A stretch of 64,000 nucleotides of DNA from Clostridiales bacterium (GCA_015055905.1 SVHI01000002.1:11869-75868); one strand, 5' to 3'. Positions 17,259 through 27,665 are shown, numbered from the stretch's first letter. Numbers and translations: made by a program. Notes: generated by a model from the letters alone, not told the origin.

Positions 17259-17281
17259 ATTCTATTTTTTGCTATTTTTAA

Positions 17282-17821
17282 CTATTTATTGCTGCTACCA
17301 AATCTACCTGCACCACGCTCCGATTTAATGCCACAAAGTTCCTCATAAGAAATCTCTTTTTCTTCCATAACAGGAACTTCTTGCAAAACAAGTTGGCAAA
17401 TACCCTTTGAATATGGATAATAAACACACTCTTTTGTTTTATAAGTCTTTCCATTTGCCTCAAACTCTTCTGGCATTTCTTCTAATGGTTTTTTAGAAAT
17501 TACAAGTGGGGTTGGATGTGTGTTATAAATCATAATCAAATATTCACCGCGGTATCCTGAATCAAACACACCTGAAGACTTTTTCATTCCAGCCTTGCCT
17601 GTCGAACCACGCTCTTCAACTTGGGCATAATATTTTGGCGAGAACGCAATCGCAATTCCTGTTGGAACTGGTTTTGTTTCAAATGGTTCAAACACAAAAT
17701 AATCTTCTTCAAAATTTGCATATAAATCATAGCCTGCATCTTCCGCTTTTTTTGTTGGAATTATTGCAGTTGGTCTAATTTTTGCAAAGTAAATTTCATT
17801 GCCATCAATTCTTTCAATCAT
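17282..17821 (-). CDS. dut: dUTP diphosphatase (trimeric dUTPase family, long form)
   Basis: 179 aa. Motifs AEDAGYDLYA, GVFDSGYRGEY and C-terminal SERGAGRFGSS (RGxxGFGS-like motif 5). Confidence 0.8.
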   Translation of the reverse strand: MIERIDGNEIYFAKIRPTAIIPTKKAEDAGYDLYANFEEDYFVFEPFETKPVPTGIAIAFSPKYYAQVEERGSTGKAGMKKSSGVFDSGYRGEYLIMIYNTHPTPLVISKKPLEEMPEEFEANGKTYKTKECVYYPYSKGICQLVLQEVPVMEEKEISYEELCGIKSERGAGRFGSSNK

Positions 17822-18008
17822 AACATTTCTCCTTACCTTTTTATTATACCATTTTTTGCTTTTTTGAGCAATTAAACAAGCCCTAAATCTCGTTTTTTTC
17901 GATATTTATTAAATTTATTTTCAATAAACAAAAATTAAACTATATCACCAAAGTTCCTTTACAAATAACGAAAATTAAATTATACTTGGTTATGTTTAGG
18001 AGAACACT

Positions 18009-19142
18009 ATGTTAGTTTATATTTTATTATTAGGTTTTATATGTTTTGATTTTTGGCTTGAGCATTATCTCACAAAAAAAGGAACTCTCTCAAAAGAAAC
18101 TAAATTCACAAAATTTTTAAACTTTGTTTTTAAATATAGAGTTTTAACAATTTTCGCCCTTGTCTTTATTAGCACATTTAGAGCGGTTGGTGTTGGCGGA
18201 GATACACACAACTACTATGAATTTTATAAAGAATTAAGAGTTACAAGCGAAGATTTCTCTGGCTTTGATATTGGATACGCTTCTTTAAATTATCTATTAT
18301 CTGCTATTTTAAACCTTGATTTTAGATGTTTATATTTTATAATTTCACTATTCGTAACTGTCTGTTTTGTTGTCTTTGTTAAAAAATTATCTTGCAACCA
18401 CTTAATGTCTATGTTTTTATATGTTACACTAGGCATTTTCACACAAGGACTCAGCGCTTTGAGACAAATTATCGCTATAGGTTTTATTTTAATTTCCCTC
18501 ATATTTATTATAGATAAAAAGATTTGGAAAAGTATATTATTTATTGCTATTGCAACCCTTTTCCATTCAAGTGCTATTCTTTGTTTAATTATTATCCCTT
18601 TAAGATATATTAAACTTAATCACTGGGTTTTGCTAGGTGCAACCATCATAGTTTGTAGTGCAGCATTTTTAATGCCATATGTATTAAAATTGGTTGAATC
18701 AATTATTCCAAGTTTTGACTATTATACAAGATATTATATTGAACACCCAGAATTCTTTCAAAAAACATCTTTATTTAATATTTTATACACTCTCGCAATG
18801 ATTGCAATTTACACTGTTTTATATCTCGCAAGGTTTAAATGGTTTAAAAATGAACTTGAAGAAGACAAATCATTCACTTTCTTTTTAACTCTTTTCACAT
18901 TAATTCCTCTTGTTCGTGTCGCTGGTCTAATTGTTGGTTTAGAAGCTCTCTTAAATAGAATTAATATGTATTTCTTTTATTTGTTAATTATATTGATTCC
19001 AAGATTTTTACAGTGCTTGAAAAAATACAATCATAGCGGCTGGTTATATGGTCTAGCTTACGCTGGTGCTTTTGCATATATGGTTTTTAATCTCGTGCTA
19101 CACGACGCATGCGCGGTAGTTCCTTATATTTTCTGGTTTTAG
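18009..19142 (+). CDS. EpsG-family polysaccharide polymerase-like membrane protein
   Basis: 377 aa and highly hydrophobic. GVGGDTHNYYEFY resembles the conserved EpsG loop motif. Confidence 0.55.
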   Translation: MLVYILLLGFICFDFWLEHYLTKKGTLSKETKFTKFLNFVFKYRVLTIFALVFISTFRAVGVGGDTHNYYEFYKELRVTSEDFSGFDIGYASLNYLLSAILNLDFRCLYFIISLFVTVCFVVFVKKLSCNHLMSMFLYVTLGIFTQGLSALRQIIAIGFILISLIFIIDKKIWKSILFIAIATLFHSSAILCLIIIPLRYIKLNHWVLLGATIIVCSAAFLMPYVLKLVESIIPSFDYYTRYYIEHPEFFQKTSLFNILYTLAMIAIYTVLYLARFKWFKNELEEDKSFTFFLTLFTLIPLVRVAGLIVGLEALLNRINMYFFYLLIILIPRFLQCLKKYNHSGWLYGLAYAGAFAYMVFNLVLHDACAVVPYIFWF

Positions 19143-19147
19143 ATAAT

Positions 19148-19176
19148 AAAAAAGATAGGTGGTAACCTATCTTTTT
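19148..19176. terminator. bidirectional intrinsic terminator
   Basis: aaaaaagataggt-ggta-acctatcttttt, between convergent genes. It overlaps the pflA stop codon. Confidence 0.7.
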
Positions 19177-19873
19177 ATTTTAATAATTTTTCGAGTTCTT
19201 TGCATTTTTCTTTTTCCATATCTGGAACTTCCTTGAGTTTATATTCAATGCCAAGTTCTGTGTATTTGTGTTCAGCCATTGAATGATATGGCAAAAGTTC
19301 AATTCTTTCAACATTAGGAATATTTTTGGCAAATTCTTTTAGTTTTAAAACGTGTTCTTCGTCATCGTTGATTCCCGGAACAATAACTTGTCTAAGCCAA
19401 AGTTTTTTGTTTTTTTGTTTACATTTTTCCAAAAACTCATTAAACCCGTCAATTTTTTTTCCTGTGATAAATTTATATTCTTCGTTTTCTACAGCTTTGA
19501 TATCTAAAATAACAAGGTCAACAATATCTAAAACTTTGTCATAATCCACACCAACACCCGCTGTGTCTATCGCTGTGTGGACACCATTTTCTTTTAGGAG
19601 TTTTATTGTTTCAAACACAAACTCACTTTGAAGAAGCGGTTCACCACCACTAAAGGTAACACCACCCGTCTCTCCATAATAGTTTTTGTATTTGTTATAT
19701 ATCTGCAGAACTTCTTCTTTAGATATTTCTCTCTTTGCACCAGAAGTGGTCCAAGTTTCAGGATTATGACAATATGCGCAACGCAATTTGCAGCCAGCCA
19801 AAAATAGAACCAGTCTCATACCTGGTCCGTCAGCAAGCCCCATTGTTTCCATATCTGTTATTTTTCCGTTCAT
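19175..19873 (-). CDS. pflA: pyruvate formate-lyase activating enzyme (radical SAM)
   Basis: CKLRCAYCHN (CX3CX2C) cluster motif. The ATG at 19871-19873 (MNGKITD) is preferred over the track GTG at 19891 because AAGGAA lies upstream. Confidence 0.9.
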   Translation of the reverse strand: MNGKITDMETMGLADGPGMRLVLFLAGCKLRCAYCHNPETWTTSGAKREISKEEVLQIYNKYKNYYGETGGVTFSGGEPLLQSEFVFETIKLLKENGVHTAIDTAGVGVDYDKVLDIVDLVILDIKAVENEEYKFITGKKIDGFNEFLEKCKQKNKKLWLRQVIVPGINDDEEHVLKLKEFAKNIPNVERIELLPYHSMAEHKYTELGIEYKLKEVPDMEKEKCKELEKLLK

Positions 19874-20052
19874 ATTTTCCTTATTTAACACTCATATATT
19901 GTTTTGTTAAAATGTGATTGATTATATTAAAAGGTCAAAATTATTTGAATAACGAAGCTCTAAAAATTTCAAATCACGAATTTACTAAAGTAAATGACTG
20001 TTTTGGAAATTTTTTAGAAACAAAGTTAGTCGAGTAATTTTGACCCTTTTAA

Positions 20053-22305
20053 TTATCTTTTTTCGTGGAATGTTCTAGCAATAACCTCTTCTTGGTGTGC
20101 ACGGTCAAGTTTGTTGAAGTTAACAGCATAACCTGATACACGGATTGTGAGGTTTGGATATTTCCAAGGATTATTCATAGCGTCAACAAGCAAGTCTCTG
20201 TTAAACACGTTAACGTTGATATGTTGAGCACCTTGAGCAAAGTAACCGTCAAGAATTGCAACAAGGTTATTGATTTGTTCTTCTTCATTGTTACCAAGCG
20301 CACTTGGAACGATTGAGAATGTATTTGAAATACCGTCTTGACAGCAGTTTTCATATTTGATTTTAGCAACTGAGTTAAGAGATGCAAGAGCACCTGAATG
20401 GTCTCTTCCGTGCATTGGGTTTGCACCTGGAGCAAATGCTTCGCCAGCTTTTCTTCCGTCTGGTGTGCTACCAGTTTTTTGACCATACATAACGTTTGAT
20501 GTGATGGTTAAAAGTGAAAGTGTTGGTTTTGCATTTCTGTAAAGTGGGTGAACATTGATAGCATCAAAGAACTCTTGAACAAGTTCAGCAGCGAGGCTAT
20601 CAACTCTGTCATCATCATTACCAAATTTTGGGAATTCGCCAACTGTTTCAAAATCAATAGCAATGCCTTGTTCATTTCTAATTGGCTTAACTTTCGCATA
20701 TTTGATTGCAGAAAGTGAGTCAACCGCTGAAGAGAAACCAGCAATACCAAATGCCATAAGTCTTTCAACAGCTGTATCGTGAAGAGCCATTTGGCTTGCT
20801 TCATAGGCATATTTGTCGTGCATAAAGTGAATGATGTTGTTTGCGTCAACATAGATTTTTGCAATCTTTTTAATCATTTCACTATAGTCTCTTCTAACTT
20901 TTTCATAAGTTAAAACTTCTTCAGTGTTCTTCTCAAGTCCTTCAACTACAAGTTTGCCACTCTTTTCATCAACACCACCATTGATTGCATAAAGAAGTGA
21001 TTTTGCAAGGTTGCATCTAGCACCAAAGAATTGCATTTGTTTTCCTTGTTTCATAGCAGAAACACAGCAAGCGATTGCATAGTCGTAGCCATAACCAGGA
21101 CGCATTGTGTCGTCGCCTTCATATTGAATTGAGTCTGTTTGAATAGAAATTTTAGCGCAATATTTTTTGAAGTTTTCTGGAAGTTTGTTTGACCACAAAA
21201 CTGTAAGGTTTGGTTCAGCGCTTGGGTTTAAGTTGATGAGTGTATGCAAGAATCTAAATGAGTTCTTTGTAACCAAAGATTTTGATTCGTTAATCATACC
21301 AGCAACAGATTCTGTTACCCAAGTTGGGTCGCCAGCAAAGAGTTCATCATAGTCTGGTGTTCTAAGGTGACGAATAAGTCTAAGTTTGATAACATATTGG
21401 TCAACAAGTTCCTGTGCTTCTTCTTCTGTAAGTTTGCCTTCTTGGATATCTCTTTCAATATAGATGTCAAAGAATGTTGCATTTCTTCCCATAGAAGTTG
21501 CAGCTCCGTTGTTTTCTTTTGCACCTGCAAGGTAACCGAAGTATGCCCATTGCATAGCCTCTCTAGCATTTTGAGCAGGTTTTGAAATATCACAGCCATA
21601 AGATGCAGCCATTTGTTTGATTGCCTCTAATGCTCTAATTTGTTCATTAACTTCTTCACGGATTCTAATATCTTCTTCAATATATGTTCCGTCAATGAAT
21701 TCTGCTGCAAGGTCTTTCTTTTTAAACTCAATAAGTTTATCAATACCATAAAGAGCAATTCTTCTATAGTCACCAATAATACGTCCACGACCATAACCAT
21801 CAGGAAGACCTGTTAAAAGACCGTTTGAACGCGCTCTTCTAATTGCTGGAGTGTAAGCGTCAAAAACACCGTCGTTATGTGTTTTTCTGTATGTTGTGAA
21901 ATGTTTATAAACTTCATCATTAAGTTTGTAACCGTGAGCCTCGAGTGCTTTCATAGCAATTTTTGTTCCACCATACATATTAACAATACGTTTAAGAGGA
22001 GCATCGGTTTGAAGACCAACAATAACCTCGTTTTCTTTGTCAATATAACCTGGAGCAAATGCATTGATTCCGCTTAAGATATTTGTTTCAACATCCAAAC
22101 AGCCCCCATTTTTGTTTTCTTCTTCCAAAAGTTTTTCACATTTTGACCAAACTGCTTGAGTTTTTGCAGATGGCTTAGAAAGAAATGAGTCATCTCCTTT
22201 ATATTCGGTGAAGTTTCTAACAATAAAATTAGCCACATCAATTTCTTCTTTCCAAGAATCACCGTGGAAACCTCTCCATTCATTTTCAAATAAATTATTT
22301 TCCAT
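20053..22305 (-). CDS. pflB: formate C-acetyltransferase (pyruvate formate-lyase)
   Basis: 750 aa. Glycyl radical motif RVSGYAV near the C-terminus and active-site Cys pair in AIACCVSAM. Confidence 0.95.
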   Translation of the reverse strand: MENNLFENEWRGFHGDSWKEEIDVANFIVRNFTEYKGDDSFLSKPSAKTQAVWSKCEKLLEEENKNGGCLDVETNILSGINAFAPGYIDKENEVIVGLQTDAPLKRIVNMYGGTKIAMKALEAHGYKLNDEVYKHFTTYRKTHNDGVFDAYTPAIRRARSNGLLTGLPDGYGRGRIIGDYRRIALYGIDKLIEFKKKDLAAEFIDGTYIEEDIRIREEVNEQIRALEAIKQMAASYGCDISKPAQNAREAMQWAYFGYLAGAKENNGAATSMGRNATFFDIYIERDIQEGKLTEEEAQELVDQYVIKLRLIRHLRTPDYDELFAGDPTWVTESVAGMINESKSLVTKNSFRFLHTLINLNPSAEPNLTVLWSNKLPENFKKYCAKISIQTDSIQYEGDDTMRPGYGYDYAIACCVSAMKQGKQMQFFGARCNLAKSLLYAINGGVDEKSGKLVVEGLEKNTEEVLTYEKVRRDYSEMIKKIAKIYVDANNIIHFMHDKYAYEASQMALHDTAVERLMAFGIAGFSSAVDSLSAIKYAKVKPIRNEQGIAIDFETVGEFPKFGNDDDRVDSLAAELVQEFFDAINVHPLYRNAKPTLSLLTITSNVMYGQKTGSTPDGRKAGEAFAPGANPMHGRDHSGALASLNSVAKIKYENCCQDGISNTFSIVPSALGNNEEEQINNLVAILDGYFAQGAQHINVNVFNRDLLVDAMNNPWKYPNLTIRVSGYAVNFNKLDRAHQEEVIARTFHEKR

Positions 22306-22590
22306 AACTTTTCCCCTTTTCGATATTTTGTATATTCACTTGAACGGTTCTAAACCTTTCCAAGTTATTGTCGTAGTAATTATATTTTTACAAGTATAGG
22401 TATTACTGCAAGACATTATATTAGCAAATTCCAAAAAAAAATACAACAATTTTTGACAATTCTTTTAAAATTATTTATTTTCAATAATTATATTATTGAC
22501 TGTTTATTTCGATTCCACACTACAACCCATTATCTTTGTTAGACATTTTTTGTTAAGTGTGATAATATTAACTCATTATTGGAGAAACCT

Positions 22591-23238
22591 ATGAAAAAAA
22601 GACAAATTATTATTTTTGATTTTGATGGCACACTATATTCAGGAAAAGATATGTTTTTAAGGATTCCAGAATTCGTTAACCAAAACAAAAGAAAAATGTT
22701 GCCAAATATAACCGACGAACAATATGCTCAAATTGTGAAAGAGAACCCAACTTGGGCAGATGCGTGGTATGGCAACGACCTTGCAAAACACGTTTATATG
22801 TTTAAAGACAAATATCCTGAAATGAATATTTCAATTAAAGATTTTTTGGATTGGGAAGCCTCTTGCATTGAACCGGTCACTATCAACAAAAATGAAACCG
22901 TTGACCCTATCTTTTTGAAAGATTTATGTAAAAAATATCCTGTTTACATTGTTAGCAATTCTTTATCAAACCACATCAAATTTTATATGAAAGAATTAAA
23001 CATTTCATATAGTTGGTTTAAGGGTGTTTATAGCAACAAATTTATGCTAAAAGATATGACTAAAAAGCCATATTACACCAAAATTATTGAAAGAGAAAAA
23101 TGTAAACCAAACGAAGTTTATGTGTTTGGTGATAGCAACAAAAGCGATATCGTTCCAGCCAAAGATTTGGGTATGAACGGCTTTGAAATTCCGTCTGCAA
23201 CAATGATTCCAGAGATTGTTACAAATGCTTTAAAATAA
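22591..23238 (+). CDS. HAD-superfamily hydrolase
   Basis: IIIFDFDGTLY (DxDGT motif I) and GDSNKSD (motif IV-like). The ATG at 22591 is preferred over the track TTG at 22579 (GGAG 6 nt upstream). Confidence 0.7.
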   Translation: MKKRQIIIFDFDGTLYSGKDMFLRIPEFVNQNKRKMLPNITDEQYAQIVKENPTWADAWYGNDLAKHVYMFKDKYPEMNISIKDFLDWEASCIEPVTINKNETVDPIFLKDLCKKYPVYIVSNSLSNHIKFYMKELNISYSWFKGVYSNKFMLKDMTKKPYYTKIIEREKCKPNEVYVFGDSNKSDIVPAKDLGMNGFEIPSATMIPEIVTNALK

Positions 23239-23270
23239 TAAAAACGCCGATTATTCGGCGTTTTCTTTTT
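23239..23270. terminator. bidirectional intrinsic terminator
   Basis: aaaaacgccga-ttat-tcggcgttttc, between convergent genes. It overlaps the stop of the acyltransferase gene. Confidence 0.7.
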
Positions 23271-24024
23271 GCTTATTTTCTTCTTTTGTTTCGTTTTCAA
23301 CCTTTTCTTCAAATGTCATTTTTCCAAGTTCATTGCAACGCTCCAAAAGCACCTTTGCAACAGCTTCTCTTGTTTTATATTTCCCTTTTAAAACTGAATA
23401 ATTAACAGGTTTATCAACCACATAAATTTTTTCATTTTTCTTAAAGTATGTCACATAAATTGGAACATCTTTTCCTCTTCTTAAGCAAGCCTCAGCAAGA
23501 AGAACAAAACCCTCGTGGAACCCTTCAAGTTCTGCTAAGTATCCTTTTGTTGACACTTCAGGAAAAATAACAATATTGTCACCGTTTTCAATAGCCTCAA
23601 CACTTTCTTTTATGGTTGTTTTTAGTCTTCCGTCACGATATGTCGAAATTAAATTCAAGCCACTATAAAACAGGTTTGTGAGAGGACTCGCAATCAAACA
23701 AAAGAGCCTTGCTAAAAACAAATTCCAGTGTTTTTTCTCGTGATAATAAACTCTAGTTTGATATTTATACATTTTAATGAGACCCGAATTCATTTCGTGA
23801 GCACCCCACATACGAAGTCTTGCCCCTGAATAAATTTCAAGAGACATTGGAGCATCGGTTCCTTCGTGGTTGCTGAGAATAATTGCACCCTCATCAAACT
23901 TTTCACCAAGATAAACGAATGTAGGTTTTTTATATCTACATTTCATCATCTTTTTCAGGAGTCTAAAATACCATTTGCGATTATTCTTTTTTTGTTTAGT
24001 CTTTTTTTCTTTTGTGTTTCCCAT
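23251..24024 (-). CDS. PlsC-family (lysophospholipid) acyltransferase-like protein
   Basis: H(X4)D motif NHEGTD, then FPEVSTKG (the usual FPEG-type block). The start is uncertain: ATG at 24024, or TTG at 24063 as in the track. Neither has a clear Shine-Dalgarno. Confidence 0.5.
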   Translation of the reverse strand: MGNTKEKKTKQKKNNRKWYFRLLKKMMKCRYKKPTFVYLGEKFDEGAIILSNHEGTDAPMSLEIYSGARLRMWGAHEMNSGLIKMYKYQTRVYYHEKKHWNLFLARLFCLIASPLTNLFYSGLNLISTYRDGRLKTTIKESVEAIENGDNIVIFPEVSTKGYLAELEGFHEGFVLLAEACLRRGKDVPIYVTYFKKNEKIYVVDKPVNYSVLKGKYKTREAVAKVLLERCNELGKMTFEEKVENETKEENKQKENAE

Positions 24025-24104
24025 AGCGTATATATTATGACAAAATTCGACATCATTTTTCAACTAAATTAATATGTTTTATAACATTTTGTCTCTTTAT
24101 TAAA

Positions 24105-24133
24105 CAAAAAAGCAGGGGTGTTCCCTGCTTTTA
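24105..24133 (-). terminator. intrinsic terminator after the alcohol dehydrogenase gene
   Basis: The minus strand reads agcaggg-aacac-ccctgct followed by TTTTTT. Confidence 0.7.
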
Positions 24134-24134
24134 A

Positions 24135-25289
24135 TTATCTCTTCATTGCTTCTTTATAAAGCTTAATAAAGTCCTCTTTAGTAACATCTTTTGGATTGCC
24201 TGGTTTGCAAGGGTCTTCCATTGCCTTGTCAGCAAGCATATCAATATCTTCCATCTTGCAACCATAATCTTTGATTGTTTGAGTAACTTTAACTGATGCA
24301 GAAAGTTCTTCAATCATTGAAACAAATTTATCAATTTTTTGTTTCTTTGTCATTCCTTTTGTTTCAACACCAAGTGCTTCCAAAATCTCAGCAAAACGGT
24401 CAGCACAAACATCACCATTAAATTTCATAACAACCGGAAGAAGCATTGCGTTTGCAATTCCGTGAGGAGTGTCATAAACCGCGCCAAGTTGGTGAGCCAT
24501 TGAGTGAACAATTCCAAGACCAACGTTTGAAAAGCCCATACCTGCAATGTATTGAGCATAACTCATCTTTTCAATAGCGTCTTTATCTTTCTTCATAACC
24601 GCTTTTGTAAGGTTTGCAAAAATGAGTTTAATTGCTTCCATATGGAACATATCACTCATAAGATTGTGTCCTTTTGTAATATAACCTTCAACAGCGTGTG
24701 TGAGTGCATCAAGACCAGTTGCTGCAGCAAGTGATGCAGGCATTGTTTCCATAAGTTCACTGTCAACAATAGCAACAATTGGAAGGTCGTTAGGGTCAAC
24801 ACAAACCATTTTAATTTGTCTTTCTTCATCTGTAATAACATAGTTGATTGTAACTTCAGATGCAGTTCCTGCAGTTGTTGGGAGCGCAATAATTGGCAAG
24901 CCTTTGTTTGCTGTGTTTGAAACCCCATTTAATGACTGCATTGTTCTCTTTGGGTTTGTCATTAAAATTGAAACACCTTTTGCAGTGTCCATTGCAGAAC
25001 CACCACCAACGGTGACAATAACATCTGCCTTGAATTTTTTGCAAGCCGCAACACCCGCCAAAACATTCGCGATTGTTGGGTTTGGCTTAACATCACTATA
25101 AACCACATATTTAATGTCCGCAGCGTCTAAAAGTTCAGTAACTTTTCCAGCAACACCACATTTAACAAGCGACTCGTCAGTAACAACGAAAACTTTTTTG
25201 AATCCTCTCTTTTGAATTTCTGGAACAAGTTCTGCTCTTGAACCCCTTCCAAAATAAGAAAATTCATTTAAAATAAATCTTGAACTCAT
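24135..25289 (-). CDS. iron-containing (group III) alcohol dehydrogenase, lactaldehyde/propanediol oxidoreductase-like
   Basis: 384 aa. GGGSAMDTAK NAD-binding motif and metal-binding His region GIVHSMAHQLG...HG. Confidence 0.9.
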   Translation of the reverse strand: MSSRFILNEFSYFGRGSRAELVPEIQKRGFKKVFVVTDESLVKCGVAGKVTELLDAADIKYVVYSDVKPNPTIANVLAGVAACKKFKADVIVTVGGGSAMDTAKGVSILMTNPKRTMQSLNGVSNTANKGLPIIALPTTAGTASEVTINYVITDEERQIKMVCVDPNDLPIVAIVDSELMETMPASLAAATGLDALTHAVEGYITKGHNLMSDMFHMEAIKLIFANLTKAVMKKDKDAIEKMSYAQYIAGMGFSNVGLGIVHSMAHQLGAVYDTPHGIANAMLLPVVMKFNGDVCADRFAEILEALGVETKGMTKKQKIDKFVSMIEELSASVKVTQTIKDYGCKMEDIDMLADKAMEDPCKPGNPKDVTKEDFIKLYKEAMKR

Positions 25290-25417
25290 AATAATTTCTC
25301 CTTTTATAATTCAATTATATATTTTTCCCAAAAAAATGTAAAACATAATCGGTTATTTATCCTGTTGACTTGCATTTCTTCATAATGTATAATGAACTTA
25401 ACTTTAGGAGGTGCGTA

Positions 25418-25924
25418 ATGAAAGTTATTGATATTAACGCAATTAAAAATGCAAACCTTGGTCAACACAACAAATGCGATTCTGTTGACCCAGCAATTAC
25501 AACAAAAAATGCCGACGGAAAACAATTTTTGTTTGTTATCGAAAACGAAACAGAATTGAAAAAATATATGGAATTAAAACAACCAGTTTTTGAAGCTTGT
25601 AATCAGCTCACAACCCTTGCCAACAACCCTAACAGCACACTCGAACAAAGAACCGCTGCATACAATAAGATTCAAGAAGAGACTGAAAAAATTTCTCAAC
25701 CACTTCAAGATATGTGTGATGGTGTGGTTGAAAAGGCTTATGGTGTGTTTTGGATTGAATATGATAGATATGCAACACACGAATGTGAATATGTTGCCTC
25801 AAGTTTAGAACTCGCAGAGCAAATTGCAAAAACTGCACCTAGAAACAAAAACCAAGCAGCTCCGCACGTGGTTAGTGAAATTCAAACAGAAAAAAACCTT
25901 AACCGCGCTCCTGGTGAAGAATAA
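25418..25924 (+). CDS. hypothetical protein (168 aa)
   Basis: The ATG at 25418 (MKVIDINAIK) is preceded by AGGAGG; the track start at 25370 has none. No motif recognised. Confidence 0.6.
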   Translation: MKVIDINAIKNANLGQHNKCDSVDPAITTKNADGKQFLFVIENETELKKYMELKQPVFEACNQLTTLANNPNSTLEQRTAAYNKIQEETEKISQPLQDMCDGVVEKAYGVFWIEYDRYATHECEYVASSLELAEQIAKTAPRNKNQAAPHVVSEIQTEKNLNRAPGEE

Positions 25925-25935
25925 TTTTATTCAAC

Positions 25936-25969
25936 AAAAAAGAACCCTCTTTTTAAGGGGTTCTTTTTA
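25936..25969. terminator. bidirectional intrinsic terminator
   Basis: aaaaaagaaccctctttttaaggggttcttttt, between convergent genes. Confidence 0.7.
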
Positions 25970-25971
25970 TT

Positions 25972-26505
25972 TTATACGTGATAACCCATTTGATAGGTTT
26001 CGTTCATAAGTTCTTTGTTTTTGGCTGCTTCGCCTTTTCCGTTCAAACCAACACCATAAATTGCACCTTTTTCTTCACAACCCTCAAAACAGTCTTTTGT
26101 GAGTCCGCGAATTGCATTAAACGTGTTTTCCATAATTTCTTTGTCTTCGTCCCATTGTGATGCAATTAAATAAATTTCCGCTTTAACCTTCAAATAGAAC
26201 GTAACAAGTCTATCAATAAACACTTTGAGTTGTCCGCTCATTGAATAGAAATAAACCGGTGTGGCAAACACAATAACGTCTGCTTTTAACATCTTTTGTT
26301 TAATTTCTTCCATTCCGTCGTTGTAAATGCATTTTCCTGTTTTGCACGCATAACACGCAATACAATAATTAAGTTTATAATCTCTAAGGTTTATAACTTC
26401 AACGCTGTTTCCTGCATCTTTTGCACCACGCGCAAACTCATTAGCTAAAACCTCTGAATTTCCACCAACTCTTGGTGTTGAAGAAATCACTATCACATTT
26501 TTCAT
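25972..26505 (-). CDS. NADPH-dependent FMN reductase / flavodoxin-like fold protein
   Basis: 177 aa. MKNVIVISSTPRVGGNSEVLA and ADVIVFATPVYFYSMSGQLKVFIDR are typical of this fold family. Confidence 0.65.
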   Translation of the reverse strand: MKNVIVISSTPRVGGNSEVLANEFARGAKDAGNSVEVINLRDYKLNYCIACYACKTGKCIYNDGMEEIKQKMLKADVIVFATPVYFYSMSGQLKVFIDRLVTFYLKVKAEIYLIASQWDEDKEIMENTFNAIRGLTKDCFEGCEEKGAIYGVGLNGKGEAAKNKELMNETYQMGYHV

Positions 26506-26520
26506 TTGTCTATTCCCCCT

Positions 26521-26778
26521 TTATTTTGGCTCCACAAAACCAGCCTTGCTCTCTAAGTCTTGAAGTTGAAATCTATATTCTTGTTCAACTTCAGGATATT
26601 TAACTTTGTCAACTTTACTCAAAAACATTTCATATGGTCTAACATATCTAAGCCCATTTCCATAAAGTGCGCGATATAAAACCATTTGTTCTTTTGTTTC
26701 AGAGTGATAAACAACATCTTCAACCAAATATAAATCGCCTTTAAAATGTTTGTAAATTCTACCTTTAATAACGTCCAT
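26521..26778 (-). CDS. DUF1653-like small protein
   Basis: 85 aa. YKHFKGDLYLV...HSETKEQMVLYRALYG...RPYEMF matches my memory of the DUF1653 pattern. GGAG Shine-Dalgarno. Confidence 0.55.
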   Translation of the reverse strand: MDVIKGRIYKHFKGDLYLVEDVVYHSETKEQMVLYRALYGNGLRYVRPYEMFLSKVDKVKYPEVEQEYRFQLQDLESKAGFVEPK

Positions 26779-26792
26779 AATTTTCTCCTAAA

Positions 26793-27398
26793 CTATTTTG
26801 AAAGTTCTGTATAACCTTCAACTGTTGACAAATCTGTCTTTTCATTGTAAATTTCAAGCCCGTGTTTTTCCCTATACTTTTTCCAAATCTTATGTGCTTT
26901 GAAGATACCTCTATAAGCAGTCTTGTATGGGATTAATTCCATTTTTTGAATCTCTGGGTTGTTTACTGCAACAAAAAATTTATATGAAAACAAATCGTCT
27001 ATAGCTGAAATTTTTATCATTCTTCTATTAATTAATGAAGACAATGTTTTCACCCAAACCAAATATTGAATAACCATTGTTTGATGTTCTTTTGTAAGTT
27101 CGAGTTTTTTTACACCTGAAAAATCTTCGTCGAGCATTTTTTCTAAATCAGCAGCATACATTGTACCCTTTCCACCAAGGGCATAAAAGTCACTATTTAT
27201 ACTCAAAATAAAACTCGCTTGATTAATTTCTTGTTCCTTGTTGAGTTCAAGCCAAATACCAAAAGCACCGACAATCGCTGTAATGATTGTGATAAGACTC
27301 ACAAATGTGTCATTTATAACTTCAAAAACAGACATTGTAACAACAGCTATTGAAATCAAAATTATTGAAATAAATGAAACTTTACTAGCATTTCTCAT
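26793..27398 (-). CDS. hypothetical membrane protein (2 N-terminal TM helices plus a soluble domain)
   Basis: 201 aa. AAGGAGAG Shine-Dalgarno. First gene of a tightly spaced three-gene unit (14-15 nt gaps). Confidence 0.6.
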   Translation of the reverse strand: MRNASKVSFISIILISIAVVTMSVFEVINDTFVSLITIITAIVGAFGIWLELNKEQEINQASFILSINSDFYALGGKGTMYAADLEKMLDEDFSGVKKLELTKEHQTMVIQYLVWVKTLSSLINRRMIKISAIDDLFSYKFFVAVNNPEIQKMELIPYKTAYRGIFKAHKIWKKYREKHGLEIYNEKTDLSTVEGYTELSK

Positions 27399-27492
27399 AA
27401 AACTCTCCTTTTCCCAAAGAAATTATATCACAACAAAAAATAATCCTCCTACTGAAAATCATAAAAAATATAAACAAATTTATAGAACTTAT

Positions 27493-27521
27493 TTGAAAAA
27501 TAATTCGACTTATGATACAAT
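27493..27521 (+). promoter_or_regulatory. promoter of tRNA-Arg
   Basis: TTGAAA at 27493-27498, a 17-nt spacer containing TG at -14/-15, then TACAAT at 27516-27521. Confidence 0.55.
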
Positions 27522-27559
27522 CATTAATAGTTAATTTTAAATACTATAAATTATGTTAC

Positions 27560-27634
27560 GTTCCCATAGGTAAAGGGATATACCTTCGACCTCCTAAGTC
27601 GACATTACAGGTTCGAGTCCTGTTGGGAACACCA
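27560..27634 (+). tRNA. tRNA-Arg (anticodon CCT, reads AGG), CCA encoded
   Basis: Hand-folded cloverleaf. Acceptor GTTCCCA/TGGGAAC. D stem GGTA/TACC with a GG loop. Anticodon stem TCGAC/GTCGA with loop CTCCTAA. T arm ACAGG-TTCGAGT-CCTGT. Discriminator A plus CCA. Confidence 0.9.
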
Positions 27635-27665
27635 AAAAACCACCTCAAATGAGGTGGCATTTTTT
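27635..27665. terminator. intrinsic terminator after the tRNA (shared with the convergent SDR gene)
   Basis: aaaaaaccacctca-aa-tgaggtggcattttt. Confidence 0.75.

Noticed and set aside
14427-17821. A prophage or plasmid remnant, suggested by the dUTPase and ParM-like genes lying side by side.
   Set aside because: No integrase, recombinase, replication, structural or lysis genes are present, and there are no att-like repeats in the window. The idea cannot be excluded, but nothing beyond these two gene types supports it. It is kept only as an alternative explanation in the finding.
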